Shown here piece after piece: positions 18,558 to 27,409 of a stretch of DNA of 42,657 nt. The stretch is from assembly GCA_945896935.1 (NCBI GenBank), contig CAMDER010000001.1:1-42657 (forward strand), read 5' to 3'. Position 1 is the stretch's first letter, and every line of letters begins with the position of its first letter. The notes beneath the pieces are model-generated. The model did no database searches. It was not told where the DNA came from and worked only from the letters and a program-made list of their open reading frames with translations. Made by a program: the position numbers and the translations under genes. This DNA is from Bifidobacterium breve (GTDB lineage Bacteria > Actinomycetota > Acidimicrobiia > Acidimicrobiales > Ilumatobacteraceae).

Positions 18558-19328
18558 CTAGATGTCGGAAATTTTCTTAAAGATCTCACCGGCGGGACGA
18601 TCAATGCGTTGACCAAGGTCGGCCATCCGCTGGCGCATCCTGTGTGAAAATTTCTCAAGAGCCTCTTGGTCAACTGCCTTCATGGTGCTTTCAAATTGTG
18701 ATTCATGAGCGAGAAGTGCAGAGATTTTCTGATCAACAAAACTTCCGATGTCTTCACCGTGATCGGGTTCATCGGCCTCCCATAGCAATAAATGTTTGGG
18801 GCGGTGATGAGCGATGCCATGTTCTTTAAAGAAATGTGGATCGCGGGCGGCGACCATGGCATCGCAGGTGAGAAATCCCGCGTGACGATGATCGGGGTGA
18901 AGGCGGTAACGCTTCCACGGATCATGGCCGAGCACTACTTGAGGTCGAAGTCGACGAATGTGACGGGCAATCTCACCGCGAAGTTCGCGGGTGTCAGCGA
19001 GATCACCATCAACTTGATGCATGAAAATAACTTCGCCTTGCGCGCCTAATCGACGAGCAGCCTCGCGTTGCTCGATTTCACGTTGAGTAATCAAACGGGC
19101 GATATCGGCTTGGGCATTCCAGGTGCCTTTTGATCCATCGGTCAGTACCAAGTGATGGACGAGGCAACCAGCTTGTGCCCACTTGGCGAGGGTTCCACCG
19201 CAACCGAATTCAATATCGTCGGGGTGGGCGCCAATCGCCAGCGCGACTGTGGGTATATCTAGGTCAACACTCGCGATCTTGGAATTGACCACGGGAAGTG
19301 GTTGACCTGGTTCATTGCTTCGATTCAT
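18558..19328 (-). CDS. PIG-L / LmbE-family N-acetylglucosaminyl deacetylase
   Basis: AIGAHPDDIEFGCGGTLAKW, LTDGSKG and HPDHRHAG zinc-site motifs. ATG 19328 overlaps the cofC stop (ATGA). Confidence 0.85.
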   Translation of the reverse strand: MNRSNEPGQPLPVVNSKIASVDLDIPTVALAIGAHPDDIEFGCGGTLAKWAQAGCLVHHLVLTDGSKGTWNAQADIARLITQREIEQREAARRLGAQGEVIFMHQVDGDLADTRELRGEIARHIRRLRPQVVLGHDPWKRYRLHPDHRHAGFLTCDAMVAARDPHFFKEHGIAHHRPKHLLLWEADEPDHGEDIGSFVDQKISALLAHESQFESTMKAVDQEALEKFSHRMRQRMADLGQRIDRPAGEIFKKISDI

Positions 19329-19990
19329 GGGTTGATCCAATCAGGAATAAGAGTTGGCAAGATGTCGATGAGGTCGAGATGTCGCAGATCGTCAGCGGTG
19401 TCAAGGTCAAGTCCGAGACGAGGATCTTCAATGACGCGAATCGGTAGGCCGGTGTCCTTGGCTTGTTGTAAGTGCTGGGCGAATGAACCTTGCCCATATT
19501 GAAACTTCCAACCGCCGATCAGTGATGCCGGAATGCCCAAAACGTTGGTGCCATCGTGGTGTCGATCGGGACAGATGATGATGGACGATTCATGGTCGCC
19601 GGTTTGCAGACTTTCAATGATTTGATCGAGTGGCTCAGATAACGGGAGATCGGCATGGCTGACGAGAAATAGGTCTATAGGTGAGTGGTTGCTGATGAGG
19701 GAGATCGATTCGGTGAGTGAATCGTTGAGGCCCTGAGAAGTAACACGAATTGGCGTGGCATCAACTGACATCGCCCACTGAGCAACTTCCTCGTTATCGC
19801 ACACAACAAATCGCGAACATGAAGCGGCACGCGTCAACACGCCTCGGGCGCAGTTTTGCGCGAGCGCTCGTCTTTGAGTCGGGTTCAAGGCCGAACTCAA
19901 TCGACTTTTTGCATCATCAAAGCCACGCACTGGGACAATGAGCGCAACATGTTGGACCACGAATATGAGCCTATGACCTTGGTTGAACAT
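19325..19990 (-). CDS. cofC: 2-phospho-L-lactate / phosphoenolpyruvate guanylyltransferase (F420 biosynthesis)
   Basis: ALIVPVRGFDDAKSRLSSAL and the rest of a ~210-aa MobA-like fold. It is divergent from gpsA, as fbiD is in M. tuberculosis. The start could be GTG 19960. Confidence 0.8.
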   Translation of the reverse strand: MFNQGHRLIFVVQHVALIVPVRGFDDAKSRLSSALNPTQRRALAQNCARGVLTRAASCSRFVVCDNEEVAQWAMSVDATPIRVTSQGLNDSLTESISLISNHSPIDLFLVSHADLPLSEPLDQIIESLQTGDHESSIIICPDRHHDGTNVLGIPASLIGGWKFQYGQGSFAQHLQQAKDTGLPIRVIEDPRLGLDLDTADDLRHLDLIDILPTLIPDWINP

Positions 19991-20032
19991 GAGGACGACT
20001 CACGGTCGTTCTGCGCCGTATACGCTCGGATC

Positions 20033-21049
20033 ATGGTCAGTGCGGTGAACCACCATTCAATTCGTGTTGCTGTCATCGGGGCAGGATCATGGGGAACAAC
20101 TGTTGCTTGCCTGGCGGCGGCGAACACGTCGACCATTTTGTGGGCCAGACGTTCTGAACTTGCTGATGCCATGACCCGGACCCATCGCAACCCGGATTAT
20201 CTCAGCGATTTCAGCCTGCCCGAGACGCTCGAGTTCACTTCTGATTTGGGACAAGCAGTCAGTGATGCCGATGTGGTCGTGATGGCGGTGCCGTCACACG
20301 GTTTCCGTGCAGTGGTCGCCGAGGTCGCCTGCTTTATTCGTCCGCTGGTGCCCATTGTGAGCTTGTCTAAGGGTTTAGAACGAAGTTCATTGAAACGTAT
20401 GACTGAAGTCGTCGCCGACGAGATGCCAGGTCATCCTGTTGCGGTTCTCACTGGACCGAACTTGGCTCAAGAAATCATGCAGGGTCAACCAGCAGCCGCG
20501 GTTGTGGCGATCAACGACAAAGTGATCGCTGACGAATTACAAAAAATATTCACCCGCCCCACATTACGGGTGTACACCAACCTCGACATCGTTGGTTGTG
20601 AAGTGGCGGGGGTCGTCAAGAACGTCATTGCGATTGCGTCGGGAATGGCGGCAGGTATGGGATTTGGTGACAACACCAGAGCAACGCTGATCACTCGAGG
20701 CCTGGCTGAAATGTCGCGCTTGGGTATGGCGATGGGCGGAGATGGGTACACCTTCGCGGGTCTGGCAGGAATGGGTGACTTAATTGCAACATGTGCCTCA
20801 ACACAAAGTCGTAACAACATGGTGGGACGGCGTCTTGGTGAGGGCGAATCAATCGAAGACATTTTGGAGTCGATGACCATGGTCGCCGAAGGTGTCAAGA
20901 GTTCGCCGGCTGTGCTTGACTTGGCTCGGCGTTATCGCGTTGAAATGCCAATCACTGAACAAGTAGTGGCGGTATGCCACGAAGGACGAAGTGCAGCAGA
21001 TGCAGTTGCGCAACTGATGCAAAGACGACGGAGAAGTGAAATTGGTTAA
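20033..21049 (+). CDS. gpsA: NAD(P)H-dependent glycerol-3-phosphate dehydrogenase
   Basis: IRVAVIGAGSWGTTVA Rossmann motif, then GVVKNVIAIASGMAAG and GDLIATCAS. Start set at ATG 20033; the track ORF begins 59 codons earlier, inside cofC. Confidence 0.95.
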   Translation: MVSAVNHHSIRVAVIGAGSWGTTVACLAAANTSTILWARRSELADAMTRTHRNPDYLSDFSLPETLEFTSDLGQAVSDADVVVMAVPSHGFRAVVAEVACFIRPLVPIVSLSKGLERSSLKRMTEVVADEMPGHPVAVLTGPNLAQEIMQGQPAAAVVAINDKVIADELQKIFTRPTLRVYTNLDIVGCEVAGVVKNVIAIASGMAAGMGFGDNTRATLITRGLAEMSRLGMAMGGDGYTFAGLAGMGDLIATCASTQSRNNMVGRRLGEGESIEDILESMTMVAEGVKSSPAVLDLARRYRVEMPITEQVVAVCHEGRSAADAVAQLMQRRRRSEIG

Positions 21050-22379
21050 GACAGTGATAAATCAAGTGATAAATGAAGTGCCAAAAAAGACAATAGTGCA
21101 AGGTCGAACAATTGGGATTCTTGGTCAAGCGTGGCGGGCTACGGTCACTCCCGCTGGAGATGTCTACCCGTGGGACGACCTTGAAGCCGTGCGTTGGTAT
21201 GTCGCCGCCGATGATCGTTGGCATATTCCTGCCGACGAAGTGGCGGTGCGTCAACGGTCAATTGATGGTGCGCCAGTTCTTGAAACGCGAGTACGAATTC
21301 CGGGTGGAGATGTCATACAACGAGTGTGGGTAGCGACGGGCCGTTTGGGAAGTTCTGCTCTCATGATGGAATTCGAAAATGATTCCCCGATGGCAATCGC
21401 TATTGCCATCGATCGCCATGACCTCCTTGTCTCGAGACCAGTTGCGGTTCGCTCATCGGCCGGAGAATGGCCGGCACCAGGTCTTGACATACCTCGTGAA
21501 CCAACCGTGATACCAGTTGGTCATCGCACAATAGTGCGGGCAGCATTGGCGATCTCTGGGTCAGCAGCAGATCTCAATATCGGCGACTTTGCTGATTATC
21601 TGGCCGTTGCACGCGGGTGGGTTTCATTAAGCGAGCGAGCTTCGCGATTTACCATTGCGGACCTCCGTGACAGTCAACGGGTTGACGAAATGATCGTGGT
21701 TGAACGTAGTGAAATCGCCTTGAATCCTGCTTCATTTAGCGATGCCCCAGATGCGGCCGTGCGTTGGTTGCTAGAAGGGCGCGAGCTGAAGCGAATGGAA
21801 TTGAAAGAGACAGATCTTGTTGAACTGTCTGGAGCGGTCGAGACGATCTCTCGGGCCGCCAAACGCGGACGTATTGCCCAAGCAGATGCGCTGACGGGTT
21901 TCAAGGCCGCGGCGTATTTGCTCGGTATGGCTCAAGAGAGAGCCTTAGTTGACTTAAGAAAAGTTGTCGCCAAAATTGTTGGATCAAAGAAATCAACTTT
22001 GATGAACATGTTGAATACTTATTCGGCTGGCTCGGATGTGAATTTGATTGTCAACGAAATTGAGAACGAATTTGCAGTGATGTCCGATGATGGCGTCATT
22101 ACATTGCTTCCCGGAGGAATGAAGCCCGAGCGCTTGGGCGTTCAGTTCGAGGTTCATGGCATCGCCGTTGGACTCAATCACCGAGTCTCATTTGCGGTGC
22201 GTTGGCACGGACCGAATGCCGCGGTGATCTGGGAAGTAGTCGGTCCCGATGATGTGGAGTTGCGCTCGGGGGTTGACGCGACTTGGTCGTCGAAGAATGC
22301 ATCTGGTGAAGCGTTATGGCGCGTGGAGAATGTTCCAGAGACTGCCTTGGCAGTGAGCGACAACTTGTCATTTTCCTAA
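21036..22379 (+). CDS. Hypothetical protein, about 445 aa, no recognisable domain
   Basis: A long uninterrupted ORF that begins inside the last codons of gpsA. GGAG lies 8 nt before TTG 21042. I recognise no motif. Confidence 0.6.
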   Translation: MKLVKTVINQVINEVPKKTIVQGRTIGILGQAWRATVTPAGDVYPWDDLEAVRWYVAADDRWHIPADEVAVRQRSIDGAPVLETRVRIPGGDVIQRVWVATGRLGSSALMMEFENDSPMAIAIAIDRHDLLVSRPVAVRSSAGEWPAPGLDIPREPTVIPVGHRTIVRAALAISGSAADLNIGDFADYLAVARGWVSLSERASRFTIADLRDSQRVDEMIVVERSEIALNPASFSDAPDAAVRWLLEGRELKRMELKETDLVELSGAVETISRAAKRGRIAQADALTGFKAAAYLLGMAQERALVDLRKVVAKIVGSKKSTLMNMLNTYSAGSDVNLIVNEIENEFAVMSDDGVITLLPGGMKPERLGVQFEVHGIAVGLNHRVSFAVRWHGPNAAVIWEVVGPDDVELRSGVDATWSSKNASGEALWRVENVPETALAVSDNLSFS

Positions 22380-22925
22380 GCTTTTGTAGGTATCAACGAG
22401 CGCTTGAACTCGATCGCCGACTAAGGCTTCAATCGCAGGGTCAGATGTTGACCCATTGGCCGAAATTCGTGCGGCGCCTTTGGGTATCTGCCCATTGGGT
22501 TCGGAGATCACGGTGTTACCGAGCAAAGCCAGGATTCCGCCAAGTTGTTCAATCATGTGGGCACCGCCAGTGCCGCCTGACGAACTAATCAGACTGATGA
22601 TTTTTCCGGATAACGCATGTTGACCCATTGGCCGAGTGGCCCAATCGATCGCATTCTTGAGAACCGCTGACGGTCCGAAGTTGTATTCAGGGGCAGCGAT
22701 GAAGAGTGCATCGGCAGATTCAACTAGGTTGCGCCATTCGATGATGCTTGTTGGAGTGCGCGATGAATCTTCAAGATCTTCGTTATAAAACGGCAATGAG
22801 CCGATCTTGTCGTACAAAGTAAATGTGACATCCGCAGGTGCCAATTTCTGGGCCAATTTCACAAGACCTTGATTTGATGATTCTTGCCGCAAGCTTCCGA
22901 ATATTCCGAGGATATGAATTGACAT
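22368..22925 (-). CDS. NADPH-dependent FMN reductase family protein
   Basis: MSIHILGIFGSLRQESSN and APEYNFGPSAVLKNAIDWATRP signatures. Confidence 0.85.
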   Translation of the reverse strand: MSIHILGIFGSLRQESSNQGLVKLAQKLAPADVTFTLYDKIGSLPFYNEDLEDSSRTPTSIIEWRNLVESADALFIAAPEYNFGPSAVLKNAIDWATRPMGQHALSGKIISLISSSGGTGGAHMIEQLGGILALLGNTVISEPNGQIPKGAARISANGSTSDPAIEALVGDRVQALVDTYKSLGK

Positions 22926-22985
22926 CTGTCAATTATGACCGTGAAGTGGTGCGTGGAACCAACTGAAATCGGGCAAGATAGAGGG

Positions 22986-24065
22986 GTGCAAGCACCTATT
23001 CGCGTGGCCTACACATTTGAACAGAGTTGGCATCGCGTACCTGGAGGGACGGCTTCTTCGGCGATACGTGCGGCAGTTGCACTCGGGGATGTCCCTGGAG
23101 TTGAACTCGTCGGAGTCGCCGGCACGCATCGGCAACCTCCCCAACCCTCATTCGTGCCGCCCATTCCGGTTCATGCATTGCCTTTTCGAAGGCCGTTGCT
23201 CTACGAAACCTGGTTGCGTTTCGGTTGGCCGCACATCGAGCGGGCTACGGGTCCCGTTGACGTGTTGCATTGCACTGGTTTAATTCCGGCGCCGTCAAAA
23301 GCGCCATTAGTAGTGACCTTGCATGATGTGGCCTGGCGACATCGTCCCGATCACTTCACGCGACATGGAGTGCGAATCTTTGAACGCAGTTTGGTCGAAA
23401 TTCGACGACGAGCCGAAATGATCTTGTGTCCATCGACCGTCACGATGCTGGACGCTGAGCGAGCAGGCATAAACACCGAACGTTTGCGACTGATCCCTTG
23501 GGGTGTTGAATCTCGGCCAGTGACAGATGTCGACGTAGCCTTGGTGCGCGCTAAGTACTCATTGCCGAACGAATTTTTACTCTTTGTCGGAACGGTTGAA
23601 CCGCGGAAAAATTTGCGCCGCCTCGTTGATGCGATGGCCGTGTCAAAGTGTGCGCTTCCACTAGTTGTGGCAGGTTCGCAGGGCTGGGGCGAAACTGGTG
23701 TCAGCCCGACAAGTTCGGTTCATTTCATCGGGTTTGTTGCCGACTCTGATTTGCCGGCTTTGTATTCAAGCGCTTCAGCATTTTGTTATCCGAGTGAACG
23801 CGAAGGATTCGGTATGCCGGTCCTTGAGGCAATGTCGTATGGAACGCCAGTCATGACGAGTCTCGGAACCTCAACAGAAGAAGTGGCGGGTGGAGCCGCC
23901 GTTTTAGTTGATCCGTTTGATGTCGAAGATATGGCGCGCGGTATTGACGAAGTACTTTCTCGGCGTCAAGAGCTATCAATTTGGGGTTTACGCCAAGCCG
24001 CTCGGCGGCAGTGGTCTGAAACTGCGCGGCTGACAGTTGCTGCATACCGCGAGGTCATCGGTTGA
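22986..24065 (+). CDS. Glycosyltransferase family 4 (GT-B, Glycos_transf_1)
   Basis: FVGTVEPRKN and the EX7E motif PSEREGFGMPVLEAMSYGTPV. The track ORF starts at 22935, only 9 nt from the divergent FMN-reductase start, so GTG 22986 is more plausible. The start remains uncertain. Confidence 0.8.
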   Translation: MQAPIRVAYTFEQSWHRVPGGTASSAIRAAVALGDVPGVELVGVAGTHRQPPQPSFVPPIPVHALPFRRPLLYETWLRFGWPHIERATGPVDVLHCTGLIPAPSKAPLVVTLHDVAWRHRPDHFTRHGVRIFERSLVEIRRRAEMILCPSTVTMLDAERAGINTERLRLIPWGVESRPVTDVDVALVRAKYSLPNEFLLFVGTVEPRKNLRRLVDAMAVSKCALPLVVAGSQGWGETGVSPTSSVHFIGFVADSDLPALYSSASAFCYPSEREGFGMPVLEAMSYGTPVMTSLGTSTEEVAGGAAVLVDPFDVEDMARGIDEVLSRRQELSIWGLRQAARRQWSETARLTVAAYREVIG

Positions 24066-25180
24066 ACACATCGCCGGCAAAAGTGGCAGTCACGGTCAAT
24101 TTGATGTGGTGCGTTCCTGGGGCAGTTGGGGGCAGCGAAGAATATTTGGTCCGCCAACTATTAGGGATTCCTCACACAGAATTTGACGTCACTGTGTGTG
24201 CTCCAAAGGGATTCATCGCAGCCCATCCCGATGTCGCCAACATCCATCGAATAATTGAGTCCGATCACGACGGACGATCGCGCCCACGTCGAGTGTTAGC
24301 CGAGTCAACATGGCTGTACACACGATCCAACGGCGCGGCATTGGTGCATCACGGTGGAGGCACGATTCCAACTCGTCATCGAAGTCCTACGGTATTGACC
24401 ATTCATGATCTGCAATATCGCGAGTTCCCGCAGTATGTGCGATCCCACAAACTTGCATATTTAAAAACTGTGATGCCCCGTTCAGCACGACGGGCCGATG
24501 TCATCGCGGTCCCAACGCAATTCGTTAGACAAACTGTGGTTGATGCATATGGCATTGAACCTGATCGTATTGTCGTCGTACAACACGGGATTGAGAACAC
24601 TCTCGGTATGAGTGCGACGGGTGAAGCCGAATTGCGGCAGAAGTACGCGCTTGGGGTCGGGTCGATTGTGCTACTACCAGCGATGACTCATCCTCATAAG
24701 GGCCACTTGTTTGTGCTTGATGTCATGGAAAAATATTGGAAGGATCAAGGAGTGCAGTTGGTTCTTATTGGGGCCGCGGGCGCAGCAGAAGATGCGGTCA
24801 ATCAGCGGGCTCATTCGACCAAATTGAATACATGTGTCAAGAAGTTGGGTCGAGTGAGCAAAGCCGATCGCGATGGATTGATCAAAATGTCAACAGCCCT
24901 CATCTTCCCCAGCGAATATGAGGGTTTTGGAGCACCGGTGATTGAAGCAATGGCACTCGGAACTCCAGTCATTTCCAGTGATCAGGCCTGTCTACCTGAA
25001 GTTGTTGGTGATGCCGGCCTGGTGTTGCCATTAGATGTGGACGCCTGGGCAAGAGCACTTGACATCGTTGAGTCGAGGCGCGCCCAATACCTAGAGGCTG
25101 CGGAGCGCCGAATAGAAAATTTCACTGCTACAGCATCTGGTCGGGCGCTTGCATCGGCATACCGATTGGCTTTGTCATGA
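24062..25180 (+). CDS. Glycosyltransferase family 4
   Basis: PSEYEGFGAPVIEAMALGTPV. The TTG start overlaps the previous stop by 4 nt (TTGA). Confidence 0.85.
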   Translation: MNTSPAKVAVTVNLMWCVPGAVGGSEEYLVRQLLGIPHTEFDVTVCAPKGFIAAHPDVANIHRIIESDHDGRSRPRRVLAESTWLYTRSNGAALVHHGGGTIPTRHRSPTVLTIHDLQYREFPQYVRSHKLAYLKTVMPRSARRADVIAVPTQFVRQTVVDAYGIEPDRIVVVQHGIENTLGMSATGEAELRQKYALGVGSIVLLPAMTHPHKGHLFVLDVMEKYWKDQGVQLVLIGAAGAAEDAVNQRAHSTKLNTCVKKLGRVSKADRDGLIKMSTALIFPSEYEGFGAPVIEAMALGTPVISSDQACLPEVVGDAGLVLPLDVDAWARALDIVESRRAQYLEAAERRIENFTATASGRALASAYRLALS

Positions 25181-26481
25181 ATGAAGGGCAGCAAGTTGGA
25201 CAACCTTTGAAATTCATAGTGCTATGTCCTCACTTTGAACCAGACACTGCGCCAACGGGTGTTGTGATGACAAGAATTGTTCACGAACTCGCCAAGTTGG
25301 GTCATGAAATACATGTGGTCACCGCCCTGCCCTGGTACCGCGAACATCGTGTTGAAAGCGAATGGTCGAAAACAACATGGCGCACTCGAACGGCGTTGAC
25401 GACATGGGGATCGGTGACACGCCTCAATCCATTTGCTGGCGACGATAAGAAAAACTTGTGGCGTCGAGCCCTGGGCTTTGTTGGCTTTTCGGCGATTTCA
25501 ATTTTTGCGGGCTTACAGGCTGGGCGAGTTCACGGTGGTCGGCATCGTGTTGATGCGGTGATTGCTATGTCTCCGCCACTGACTCTTGGATTGAGTGGCT
25601 GGTTAATAGCGAAGGGCCGCAGAGCCCCGTTAGTTTTCAATATTCAAGATGTTTTTCCCGATGCCGCGATTGAAACTGGGGCAATTACTCATGCTGCAGT
25701 GATCAAGGTTTCTCGTTGGCTTGAAAAGATTTCGTATCGCTTGGCCAGCGTTGTGACAGTTTTGTCGGATGATTTGCGGGACAACATTGTCGCGAAATTG
25801 CCAGTGGCGCAAGCGAGCAAGGTTGTTGTGATCCCTAATTTTGTTGACACTGAAGCAATTCGACCTCTTGATCGAATGACGAAGTATCGCGACGATCTCG
25901 GCATCGACGATCGTCTAGTTGTCATGTATGCCGGCAATGTTGGCTTTTCACAGTCTTTGAATTTACTACTGGATGCCGCACGCGAATTTCCTGATGTTGC
26001 ATTTGTGGTGAATGGTTCAGGGGCAGCGCGGTCAGCGCTCGAAGCTGAAGCCAAGAAATTGAGCAATGTCATATTTGGCGACTACCAACCGATCGAGCGG
26101 TTAGCGGAAGTCTTGGCAACTGCCGATATTCATGCGGTGCTTTTAAGGCGCGGCCTTGGCACGGTGAGCGTGCCATCAAAGACGTACTCGGTCATGGCGG
26201 CGGGTCGTGCCATCGTTGCCGCGATCGATTATGGGACTGAAGTGACGCGGCTGATTGACGGGGCGAAATGCGGGATATCAGTGCCGCCAGATGACTCGGC
26301 GGCGCTGATTGAGGCATTGCGAACGATGTTGGCTGATTTCCACGAAATTCGCCAGATGGGCGAGCGCGCCCGACAGTTTGTCGAGCAGGTGGCTTCGCCG
26401 ACGTCGGTTGCCCAGCAGTACGTCGCGGCAGTTCATGGCGTGGTCAGTGGCGTAGTCAGTGGCATTCGGCAAGGTCGGTAA
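25177..26481 (+). CDS. Glycosyltransferase family 4, WcaI-like
   Basis: LCPHFEPDTAPTGVVMTRIVHELAKLGHEIHVVT at the N-terminus and VPSKTYSVMAAGRAIVA in place of EX7E, as in WcaI-type enzymes. ATGA overlap with the previous gene. Confidence 0.8.
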   Translation: MNEGQQVGQPLKFIVLCPHFEPDTAPTGVVMTRIVHELAKLGHEIHVVTALPWYREHRVESEWSKTTWRTRTALTTWGSVTRLNPFAGDDKKNLWRRALGFVGFSAISIFAGLQAGRVHGGRHRVDAVIAMSPPLTLGLSGWLIAKGRRAPLVFNIQDVFPDAAIETGAITHAAVIKVSRWLEKISYRLASVVTVLSDDLRDNIVAKLPVAQASKVVVIPNFVDTEAIRPLDRMTKYRDDLGIDDRLVVMYAGNVGFSQSLNLLLDAAREFPDVAFVVNGSGAARSALEAEAKKLSNVIFGDYQPIERLAEVLATADIHAVLLRRGLGTVSVPSKTYSVMAAGRAIVAAIDYGTEVTRLIDGAKCGISVPPDDSAALIEALRTMLADFHEIRQMGERARQFVEQVASPTSVAQQYVAAVHGVVSGVVSGIRQGR

Positions 26482-26551
26482 ACACAAGTTCGGTCCATAA
26501 TCAGGTCCATGCACGGCATTTGCGGGTTTGTGCAGGTAGCCTTTCTCCCTC

Positions 26552-27409
26552 GTGGGTAAGGCATCGTCAGCCAAGAAAGTCGCTCGGCTCGCTCAAAAGG
26601 GCAAAGGGCGCAAAGTTCGTTTTCAAGGTGGAACTCTGTTCCCCGCTTTGATCGTGGGTATCGCCGTTGTCGGTGCTGCCCTCATCGTGTATTCGCGGGC
26701 GTCAATTCCAAACCAGAACATTCCGCCAACAGTTGAAGATCACTGGCACGCGTCGTATGGCTTCTACGCCTGCGATGAGTGGTTGCCCGATCTACAGGGC
26801 GTTAAAGAAGAACAAGACTCAGCAGGACAGTTGATCAGCGATGGGTTCCGTCGCACTGGTATTCACAGCCACGACGATGGTGTCATTCACTGGCACCCGT
26901 TTTCGTCCGAAGCCACTGGCCGCAATGCCAAATTTGGCGTATTCCTTGATGTGTACGGAATCAAACTGAGCGATGGCAAACTCGAGCTCCCCGCCGATCA
27001 AGGGGGTGCCGTGTACGAAGAAGGTTCAACTCAGTGCACCGATGCCGATGGGAAGTCGGTTGATGGCGAATTAGTGGTGTACGCCTTTGAGGCATTTGAT
27101 ACGCCCGACAAGTTCACGACCTACATCACGAATTTTGACGATATTCGTTTGACCCAAGACGGCATGGCCTTTGCTGTTGTTTTTGCACCGGCTGGGACCA
27201 AGGCTGAATTGCCACCTTCGGCGGCAGATCTGCCCGAGCTCGGAGCAGCCGATGGCGGCACGACTGGGCAGACCACGACCACGGTTGCTGGTGAAACGAC
27301 TGTTCCTGGTGAAACGACTATTCCTGTTGCAACGACTGGGCCAAGTTCTTCAACGACCACGGCCGCAACAACAGTTGCTCCGGCTGGACCGACCACGACT
27401 GCTGGCTGA
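26552..27409 (+). CDS. Membrane-anchored His-motif protein of unknown function with Thr/Pro-rich tail
   Basis: Basic N-terminus (KKVARLAQKGKGRK) then one TM segment. The ectodomain carries EDHWHASYGFYAC and GIHSHDDGVIHWHPF. The last ~50 aa are T/P/G/A-rich. Its stop overlaps the manC start (TGATG). Confidence 0.65.
   Translation: MGKASSAKKVARLAQKGKGRKVRFQGGTLFPALIVGIAVVGAALIVYSRASIPNQNIPPTVEDHWHASYGFYACDEWLPDLQGVKEEQDSAGQLISDGFRRTGIHSHDDGVIHWHPFSSEATGRNAKFGVFLDVYGIKLSDGKLELPADQGGAVYEEGSTQCTDADGKSVDGELVVYAFEAFDTPDKFTTYITNFDDIRLTQDGMAFAVVFAPAGTKAELPPSAADLPELGAADGGTTGQTTTTVAGETTVPGETTIPVATTGPSSSTTTAATTVAPAGPTTTAG

Noticed and set aside
19856-20032. 59-codon upstream extension of the gpsA ORF.
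   Set aside because: It overlaps cofC on the opposite strand. The Rossmann motif follows directly after ATG 20033.
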